Source: an uncultured virus (IMG/VR IMGVR_UViG_3300031787_000071) (Duplodnaviria > Heunggongvirae > Uroviricota > Caudoviricetes). From it: 64,000 nucleotides of DNA. Below the pieces are notes generated by a model, which worked only from the letters and a program-made list of their open reading frames with translations, was not told where the DNA came from and made no database searches. This document shows, in pieces, positions 29,041-35,391 of this stretch. The position numbers and the translations under genes were made by a program. Position 1 is the first letter of the stretch, and each line of letters opens with the position of its first letter. The DNA lies in IMG/VR virus record IMGVR_UViG_3300031787_000071; one strand, 5' to 3'.

Positions 29041-29532
29041 TTAACGTTCAATAAAATCCATAGCTATTGAATATCTATCAATGTTTTTCCAAGGTGGAAC
29101 GGTATGCAATAAACTTGGATCAAAAAAAACTAAATCATTGTCTTTAACTTTTAACTGCAATAAAGCATTATTAATTTTAAATATTGTTCCATTCTCTGTA
29201 CAATTTTTAAGAAAAAAAACAGAAGTATATTTAAAATGCCTTGAACTTCTAGTCCTAATATGATTGTGAAATTCGAAATTGGAATCTTTCTTGCAAATAT
29301 TAAACCAACACTCAATTAATGTTATTCTTTCTCTCATTTCTGTTTTAGTTATATCATCAACTTTTTTTAAAAATTTTTTAAAAGATTCATTCTCATCATA
29401 CTTTAAATGCATATTAGTATGCGACTGATATAACGGAACATTTACATCAAAATTATTTTCAATTTCAAGGTCAATTAAGGAAACTATATTTTTTACATCC
29501 TCATTGTCTAAAATATTTTCTATTACAAACAT
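29041..29532 (-). CDS. 2OG-Fe(II) oxygenase-like protein
   Basis: WFNI, HNH, FDPSLLHTV, RYSIAMD. Confidence 0.78.
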   Translation of the reverse strand: MFVIENILDNEDVKNIVSLIDLEIENNFDVNVPLYQSHTNMHLKYDENESFKKFLKKVDDITKTEMRERITLIECWFNICKKDSNFEFHNHIRTRSSRHFKYTSVFFLKNCTENGTIFKINNALLQLKVKDNDLVFFDPSLLHTVPPWKNIDRYSIAMDFIER

Positions 29533-29555
29533 AAAAACATTCCTATAACATATTC

Positions 29556-29632
29556 TGGCGACACTTAGGGAACTCGAATCCCTGACCTCCGCCGTGACAG
29601 GGCGGCATTCTAACCAACTGAACTAAAGTGCC
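29556..29632 (-). tRNA. tRNA-Asp(GTC)
   Basis: CCGCC-CT GTC AC-GGCGG; GCCA end. Confidence 0.95.
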
Positions 29633-29832
29633 ATATTATTATGGTGGTTGGACGTTACACCAACTCTCTACTTACCACAAGGACGCCTTTCGGCTTCTCA
29701 TTACAGGTTGTTTCAGAGCACAGCCACTATACGGTGACCAAATCCTAACCTTGCTTCTTCACCATATTGAAACACACTTTACCAAGCTCCCATCCGGTGA
29801 CGGCCTCTAACCGTTCGAAATGTGCTTCAATA

Positions 29833-29907
29833 TGGTACACCGTAGGAGAATCGAACTCCTCTTACTGCCGTGAAAGGGCAATGTCCTAACCGATAGACGA
29901 ACGGTGC
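29833..29907 (-). tRNA. tRNA-Glu(TTC)
   Basis: Loop CT TTC AC; CCA. Confidence 0.94.
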
Positions 29908-30013
29908 ATAAAACTTAAAGCTAACAAGGAACTGACTGTTACATGATGCCGAAGTCATTGCTGCATCAAACCCTTGTTAAACTCTTTTCAGAGACAGATC
30001 GCTCACTTCTGTT

Positions 30014-30193
30014 TTATTTTACAAACCAATTTCCATCTTCAAAATAATATCGAACTCGTTTATTAAGTTTTTGAATCTTCACATCTTTACCAAACGCAGC
30101 ATAACCACGCTGGCGAAATTTAGCATCTTTTATACCAACAGCAGTTTGATTGCCAACTTTATACAAATTTAAACGGCCGAGATATATAATCAT
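30014..30193 (-). CDS. Small basic hypothetical protein (59 aa)
   Basis: Own translation MIIYLGRLNLYKVG...GNWFVK*; GGAG RBS. Confidence 0.65.
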   Translation of the reverse strand: MIIYLGRLNLYKVGNQTAVGIKDAKFRQRGYAAFGKDVKIQKLNKRVRYYFEDGNWFVK

Positions 30194-30234
30194 ATTTTCT
30201 CCAAAAGTTAGTATAAAAATAACTTTGTTATCAA

Positions 30235-30315
30235 CTTGTTAAAGAACTCTCAATCAACAAAGTACATTATACACTAGCCACAGAATTTGTCAAGCGTTGT
30301 TGCCAAAATACAACA
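30235..30315 (-). promoter_or_regulatory. Internal sigma70 promoter of the tRNA array, with upstream palindrome and downstream boxA-like site
   Basis: TTGACA(30293-30288)-16-TATAAT(30271-30266); TGTTG-N8-CAACA at 30298-30315; GTTCTTTAACAA at about 30247-30236. Confidence 0.75.
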
Positions 30316-30334
30316 TTATCAACTTGATAACAAA

Positions 30335-30412
30335 TGGAGGTAAGGGTGGGATTTGAACCCACGGTTTTACAGTTTTGCAGACTGCTGCTTTGGACCACTC
30401 AGCCACCTTACC
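30335..30412 (-). tRNA. tRNA-Cys(GCA)
   Basis: Loop CT GCA AA; TCCA end. Confidence 0.93.
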
Positions 30413-30413
30413 A

Positions 30414-31031
30414 TTAATCTACAGTAGGACCATTTCCATTTTTAAATCCAATAGTCCCACCTTGTTCTTTAATTTTTTTAATTGCATCTTCAAAAAGAAT
30501 CGGACGAAAATCGGTGTGTTCAACACAAGCGCACCAATATCTCGTATCAAGTACTTTTTTCTGTGTAGTAAAAGGTCTTTCATCGTAAGGACCCCATTCC
30601 TGTACATTAATATTTTTCATCACTCTATTGTAATGAAGATGTCCATGGATGTTTGTTCCAAATCGACCAAGACTTTCCTCATGTACAGGAATATGACTAA
30701 GAATCATTCCGTTCATTACATGATAACCACGAACATCACGAAAATGTTTAGTGTAATCTTCGAGTTTAAAAATGTCGTGATTGCCTTTAATCAATACTTT
30801 GTCTCCATTTAATCTTTCAAGGATTTGGAGAGACTTGCGATTAATTACAACATCACCGAGATGGTAAACTTTATCGTTAGGTCGAACTGTTTCGTTCCAA
30901 CGCTTTACCATTTCTTCATCCATTTCTTCTGGATTATCCCATGGTCTAAGTTTCGTACCATCGTCACGCAGGAATCTACATACGCCAGCATGACCAAAAT
31001 GTGTGTCACTTACTAGAAATACTGCTGGCAT
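30414..31031 (-). CDS. Metallophosphoesterase
   Basis: SDTHFGH, HLGD, GNHD, SHIP, HGHLH. Confidence 0.9.
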   Translation of the reverse strand: MPAVFLVSDTHFGHAGVCRFLRDDGTKLRPWDNPEEMDEEMVKRWNETVRPNDKVYHLGDVVINRKSLQILERLNGDKVLIKGNHDIFKLEDYTKHFRDVRGYHVMNGMILSHIPVHEESLGRFGTNIHGHLHYNRVMKNINVQEWGPYDERPFTTQKKVLDTRYWCACVEHTDFRPILFEDAIKKIKEQGGTIGFKNGNGPTVD

Positions 31032-31040
31032 AATGCCTCC

Positions 31041-31289
31041 TTATTTGAATGGAATTTCTTTTGAAGGATTTTCCAAAATATGTTCTACTACAAATACATC
31101 AAACAATTGATCATCTTCTGGATGTTTTATTTCTTCCAAAAAAGTATGATTAAACTTTGTTCGCCAATGTACAAATACTTGTTTATCGGCATTCCATCGC
31201 GCTTCACTTGCATTACGACAACTGCCTGCATAATAAGCGCCATGAATCAAATCTTGTTTTGCAATTTTAGCTTCATATGTTTTATACAT
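31041..31289 (-). CDS. Hypothetical protein
   Basis: Start moved to MYKTY (AAGGA RBS); GSCRNA..ARW motif. Confidence 0.7.
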   Translation of the reverse strand: MYKTYEAKIAKQDLIHGAYYAGSCRNASEARWNADKQVFVHWRTKFNHTFLEEIKHPEDDQLFDVFVVEHILENPSKEIPFK

Positions 31290-31303
31290 TATTTTTCCTT
31301 TAA

Positions 31304-31393
31304 TGGCGGTGAGTATTGGATTCGAACCAATGGAAGATTTAAACCTTCGACGGTTTAGCAAACCGCTGCCTTAAGCCACTCAGCCAACTCACC
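31304..31393 (-). tRNA. tRNA-Ser(GCT)
   Basis: Loop TT GCT AA; long variable arm; GCCA end. Confidence 0.94.
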
Positions 31394-31517
31394 ATTATAT
31401 CACAAAATTTAGCAAACATCAGGCAACTAAACATGAGTACCGCAATTGCAAATCCCATTACAAACCAATAAAAAAATATTTGTAAAATTGTATTGAGTAT
31501 CATGTTTTTCCTTTAAA

Positions 31518-31605
31518 TGGCGGAAGCGGTGAGATTCGAACTCACGGACCTTTTACAGTCGTCGGTTTTCAAGACCGATACCTTAAACCACTCAGACACA
31601 CTTCC
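31518..31605 (-). tRNA. tRNA-Ser(TGA)
   Basis: Loop CT TGA AA; long variable arm; GCCA end. Confidence 0.94.
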
Positions 31606-31612
31606 TTTAACT

Positions 31613-31688
31613 TGGCCGGTCCTGAGAGAATCGAACTCCCACTTGCGGAGTCGTATTCCGCCGTAATCATCCATTTTACTAAAGACCG
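31613..31688 (-). tRNA. tRNA-Arg(ACG)
   Basis: GCGGA-AT ACG AC-TCCGC; GCCA end. Confidence 0.88.
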
Positions 31689-31852
31689 AAAATAAATTTG
31701 TAGCCGGTGTGTACACATTGAGGCATCACCCTCTCCCGACACTCCGTTCACTAAGCACAGCCGTTCACTAATTCCTGATTGATGGTCAGTTTTCGTTAAT
31801 ACTAAGCCGTGTAGTTGTCCATCCCACTAGACTCTGCTCCTACTACAAAACT

Positions 31853-31929
31853 TGGTGCCCCAGAGGAGACTCGAACTCCTAAAATTTGGCTTCTAAGACC
31901 AACACGTATACCAATTCCGTCACCGGGGC
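31853..31929 (-). tRNA. tRNA-Leu(TAG), short variable loop
   Basis: TTGGT-CT TAG AA-GCCAA; no long variable arm. Confidence 0.9.
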
Positions 31930-31934
31930 AAATC

Positions 31935-32008
31935 TGGTCCTTCCGAATGGTAACGATCCACTGTCTCACGATTATCAGTCGTGGGCTCTACCTTTGAGCT
32001 ACGGAAGG
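31935..32008 (-). tRNA. tRNA-Ile(GAT)
   Basis: CACGA-CT GAT AA-TCGTG; CCA. Confidence 0.92.
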
Positions 32009-32011
32009 ATA

Positions 32012-32087
32012 TGGTGCAACCTGTAGGAATCGAACCTACTTCAACGGCTCTTCAGGCCGCCGCTATGACCACATCAGCTAAAGTTGC
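32012..32087 (-). tRNA. tRNA-Phe(GAA)
   Basis: Loop CT GAA GA; CCA. Confidence 0.93.
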
Positions 32088-32096
32088 ATTTGTAAA

Positions 32097-32172
32097 TGGT
32101 GGAGGATAGCAGATTCGAACTGCTGACTCATGCTTGCAAAGCACATGTGTTCCCAATTAGCACCAATCCCCC
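32097..32172 (-). tRNA. tRNA-Ala(TGC)
   Basis: Loop TT TGC AA; G3:U70. Confidence 0.94.
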
Positions 32173-32174
32173 CA

Positions 32175-32339
32175 TTAAACATAAAACTTTGTTTGATTCT
32201 GTTTCTTAAAGTTAATCAAACGATTTCTTTCACACCATGCACAACCGCCATGATGTTCGCAACTTGGTGAAACATATTGCGGATGACCATCTCTAACTTT
32301 CTTTGAAGTTTTTCTTTCTTTACGAAAAGTCCTAGACAT
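32175..32339 (-). CDS. Small basic Cys/His protein (54 aa)
   Basis: Own translation MSRTFRK...SCEHHGGCAWCERNR...; AGGAG RBS. Confidence 0.7.
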   Translation of the reverse strand: MSRTFRKERKTSKKVRDGHPQYVSPSCEHHGGCAWCERNRLINFKKQNQTKFYV

Positions 32340-32354
32340 ATCATTCTCCTAAAT

Positions 32355-32428
32355 TGGTCTCGGTAGAAGGAATCGAACCTCCGCCGCATGGTCCCAAACC
32401 ACGCATGATACCATTTCACCATACCGAG
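32355..32428 (-). tRNA. tRNA-Pro(TGG)
   Basis: Loop TT TGG GA; CCA. Confidence 0.93.
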
Positions 32429-32433
32429 TTATT

Positions 32434-32508
32434 TGGTGCATCGTGATGGATTCGAACCACCGACAACTTGCTTGTAAGGCAAGGACTCTACCACTGAGCT
32501 AACGATGC
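32434..32508 (-). tRNA. tRNA-Val(TAC)
   Basis: CTTGC-CT TAC AA-GCAAG. Confidence 0.94.
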
Positions 32509-32509
32509 A

Positions 32510-32585
32510 TGGGGTAACCTATGAGGATCGAACTCATACTGCCAGGTCCACAATCTGGCGTGCAGACCACTACACTAAGGTCACC
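32510..32585 (-). tRNA. tRNA-His(GTG)
   Basis: Loop TT GTG GA; G-1:C73. Confidence 0.93.
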
Positions 32586-32673
32586 ATTGTACCATATAGA
32601 AACACATTCTTGGATTCTCGTAACAGTAATCCATAGCGCCGGCCGCCATTATGTGTTTGAATGTGTTTTTATA

Positions 32674-32749
32674 TGGTGGGGCCACAGGGATTCGAACCCT
32701 GACCTTACAGATTAAAAGTCTGATGTCTTAACCGTTTGACTATAGCCCC
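32674..32749 (-). tRNA. tRNA-Lys(TTT)
   Basis: Loop CT TTT AA; CCA. Confidence 0.94.
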
Positions 32750-32888
32750 CTCATCTTGTCACTCTTGTCACTATCCATAACAGGACTCCTTTAAAAATTT
32801 TTGTGTATATAAAATAAAAAAACCATTACTAGAACTAAAACTGACATTGCCCCATGATTGTTTCTCCTTATTATAGTTTTCATAATCA

Positions 32889-32962
32889 TGGCCTCGATGC
32901 ACGGACTCGAACCGCGACAAGCAGTTTTGGAGACTGCTGTGCTGCCATTACACCACACCGAG
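32889..32962 (-). tRNA. tRNA-Trp(CCA)
   Basis: GCAGT-CT CCA AA-ACTGC; GCCA end. Confidence 0.93.
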
Positions 32963-33044
32963 ATTCTACCCAAATAGAAGAATACTCTGTCGCCGTTTTT
33001 GCTACGCAGGTAACGACCAAGACCTCAAAGAGTATTCTTTTGTT

Positions 33045-33118
33045 TGGCAGGGGATATAAGAATCGAACTTATAACCTCGGAATCAAAATCCGGTGTGATA
33101 CCATTTCACCAATCCCCA
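33045..33118 (-). tRNA. tRNA-Gln(TTG)
   Basis: Loop TT TTG AT; GCCA end. Confidence 0.93.
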
Positions 33119-33224
33119 ATTGATCCGAATTTTACTCTGCTGTTATCGCCAGCGTTTTTATCCTCGGTTCCGACCTTTTGCCATTTTATTGTACGCCGGC
33201 TCACACTCGTTGCGAATAGCGTAT

Positions 33225-33303
33225 AAAACAAAAAACCCTAAGTCTTTCGATCTTAGGGTTTTTGTAGGTTATCTGGTTACTTCAATAATCTATACAAAAA
33301 CCC
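33225..33303 (-). terminator. Attenuator: intrinsic terminator with competing antiterminator
   Basis: Terminator CCCTAAG-ATCGAAAGA-CTTAGGG-TTTTTTGTTTT; antiterminator GGGTTTTTGTA (33303-33293) pairs with TACAAAAACCC (33266-33256). Confidence 0.85.
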
Positions 33304-33415
33304 CTTGATTGTGATAGCCAATTCCGCTTGTATTACTAAAGCGTACTGAGGCCTGCCAAATCGATGGCATTTCTATATCTAAACAGGGTTTACAATTAAA
33401 AGTGTTTTTTGTCAT
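33290..33415 (-). CDS. Putative attenuator leader peptide (41 aa, all 20 amino acids)
   Basis: MTKNTFNCKPCLDIEMPSIWQASVRFSNTSGIGYHNQGVFV*; last codons overlap the antiterminator strand. Confidence 0.75.
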   Translation of the reverse strand: MTKNTFNCKPCLDIEMPSIWQASVRFSNTSGIGYHNQGVFV

Positions 33416-33423
33416 AGTACATT

Positions 33424-33514
33424 TATTTATATCTTTTTACTGCGAAATTTAATATGTGTGTAGTATATATCAAAAAATATTTTTTGTCAAGCGGTTTGTT
33501 GGGTAAATACAACA
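33424..33514 (-). promoter_or_regulatory. Tandem promoters for the leader and tRNA array
   Basis: TTGACA(33490-33485)-17-TATACT(33467-33462); T4 late TATAAATA (33431-33424); TGTTG-N8-CAACA at 33497-33514. Confidence 0.8.
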
Positions 33515-33548
33515 TTATCATTTTAACAACTAATTATCAAATTGTTAA

Positions 33549-33625
33549 TGGTGGGCCGGGTGAGACTCGAACTCACTGTCCCCCGATTATGAGTCGGACG
33601 CTTATACCAATTAAGCTTCCGGCCC
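33549..33625 (-). tRNA. tRNA-Ile2(CAT), probably lysidine type
   Basis: GGGCCGG acceptor; TCCGA-CT CAT AA-TCGGG, typical of Ile2. Confidence 0.85.
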
Positions 33626-33635
33626 CACTAAACTA

Positions 33636-34466
33636 TTATAGACCAAATTCAATATTCTTAATTGAATCGAATCTAAACGAACGCCAACCTTTTGCTTCTA
33701 CATCAAAAACAGGCAATGCATCTTCTGAAAATTTTCTTTGTGGTTCAGTATTTTTTGGAATCCAGTGTTCGGAAATCACTTCATCTTTTAGTGTACATTT
33801 CATCACTCTTTCTGTACCATCAGATTTAGTAAAAGTAACTTCAACAACACCATCTTTCAAAAGACCTTTGATCCAATCTTTTGCGGTATCTGAAGTAAAG
33901 TCGTCTGGTTCATCATCATCATTACTCCAATCTATTTCTTCATTCCATTCTGCATCATCCAACATGCGATCACGAATACCCCAATATTCAACTATATCCT
34001 CAGGAATATCATCCAGAGATTCTAGGTCAGAATATTCATAATTTTCATCAATACCATCAACGAATTTACCAACGAAAGCCATACCTTCTTCGTGATAATA
34101 AGCTTCTACATCAAATCCTTGATTTTCCATTTCTTCATACAATGCAATTGGAGGTCCCCAAGGCGAATCGAACCAGAATGTAATAGTATCTTCATCACGA
34201 TCCCAATCTTGAGCGTCACAATTCCATTTACAACCCCAATTATCTAACGACCAAGAATACCAATCTTGATATCCATACTTAGCCATCAGTTCTTCGTTGC
34301 GTTTATCGTGGAATGAAACATCACCAACATTTTTCAATTCTTCAGGACAAGGCAGAATGAAGTCGAACCACTCTTTACCATTTTTATCATCCAGAAATTT
34401 TTGAAATTTATCAATAGATTCGATATCACCCTTCACAGTGATAGAGTTGTTGCACCAATTAGGCAT
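33636..34466 (-). CDS. DUF1281/YubB ferredoxin-like domain fused to a C-terminal WYL-like SH3 domain
   Basis: MPNWC.N, WY.W...NWG.KWN, F.SPW.PP; acidic linker; V.FTKSDGTERVMKCTL...VFDVEAKGWRSFRFD. Confidence 0.75.
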   Translation of the reverse strand: MPNWCNNSITVKGDIESIDKFQKFLDDKNGKEWFDFILPCPEELKNVGDVSFHDKRNEELMAKYGYQDWYSWSLDNWGCKWNCDAQDWDRDEDTITFWFDSPWGPPIALYEEMENQGFDVEAYYHEEGMAFVGKFVDGIDENYEYSDLESLDDIPEDIVEYWGIRDRMLDDAEWNEEIDWSNDDDEPDDFTSDTAKDWIKGLLKDGVVEVTFTKSDGTERVMKCTLKDEVISEHWIPKNTEPQRKFSEDALPVFDVEAKGWRSFRFDSIKNIEFGL

Positions 34467-34485
34467 AATATAGTTCCTTATTCAA

Positions 34486-34893
34486 TTAAGATTTAGTTTC
34501 GGCAATACTTCTCAATGCATCTATCATTTTGGATATTGTAACAGGCTTTGCTACTCTAGTGAGGTAATCTTGAAACCATTCTACCGACTTATCAGTTTTA
34601 CGGCAAAAACAACCGTAAATTTCCGAGCCCATTAAAGTTTTACTAACATATGTGATGGGATCAATAAAAATTGCCTCAAAAGCATCGTCAAATTCAGGTT
34701 TTCCAAAATCATTACGTTTAAAAAAGGCAACATGAAACATATCACCCATTTTTGAGTTATCAATAGGATTGCCATCACTCAATTCATTCTTTAATTTGAA
34801 AAAATGAAAGATAAATCCTTCTTCATTTTCATTTTCAGGCGGTAAAAAGTAAAATCCATCATAATCTTCAGGGACAGTGCCTTCAGTACGCAT
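34486..34893 (-). CDS. Hypothetical protein
   Basis: ORF; start moved to MRTEG. Confidence 0.6.
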   Translation of the reverse strand: MRTEGTVPEDYDGFYFLPPENENEEGFIFHFFKLKNELSDGNPIDNSKMGDMFHVAFFKRNDFGKPEFDDAFEAIFIDPITYVSKTLMGSEIYGCFCRKTDKSVEWFQDYLTRVAKPVTISKMIDALRSIAETKS

Positions 34894-35046
34894 AATTTTC
34901 TCGGATTTCCTTTTGTGTTTTATTTTTTTCGACTGAGCGAGCAAAATCCTTCGCTGTTTTTTGTCTCTTTAGCGAATATTTCGGTGTTCTCAAGTCTTTT
35001 GCTACAAAATTTCGAATTTTTATTGAATCTTTAAACATTTTTTCAC

Positions 35047-35385
35047 TCAAAAAATGACTTTGTGCTCATTTTCCTCTAATTTTACTAATTTTTCGATTTT
35101 TCCGCGAACAAGATACGCTGAAAATTCTTCCCATTCTTTATATTGTTTGTCTAAGTGGCGATAAAAACGAATTTCGCCGGTAAAAGTTTCATTTTTTACC
35201 CATTTTTCGTCAAATTTTTCCAAATAGCCTTTGAAAAGCGAATTTTCATCATCAACCCAGCGTGATTGATATTGTTCTTCGTACAAAAAACCATCTTTCA
35301 GTTCATAATTATCGAGCAATTGATTAGGTGTATCTTTGGTTTGATACTCATTACCTTCAAAACGCAAATAATCAAACATTCCCAT
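35047..35385 (-). CDS. Conserved phage hypothetical protein
   Basis: MGMFD...YQTKD...FTGEIRFY. Confidence 0.7.
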   Translation of the reverse strand: MGMFDYLRFEGNEYQTKDTPNQLLDNYELKDGFLYEEQYQSRWVDDENSLFKGYLEKFDEKWVKNETFTGEIRFYRHLDKQYKEWEEFSAYLVRGKIEKLVKLEENEHKVIF

Positions 35386-35391
35386 ATTATT

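Noticed and set aside
27609..34041. ORF-track entries across the tRNA region (e.g. 27609-27800, 28384-28623, 31513-31751, 32216-32422, 32521-32715, 33454-34041)
   Set aside because: They overlap clear tRNA genes or lie antisense to real genes, with no RBS or domain support.
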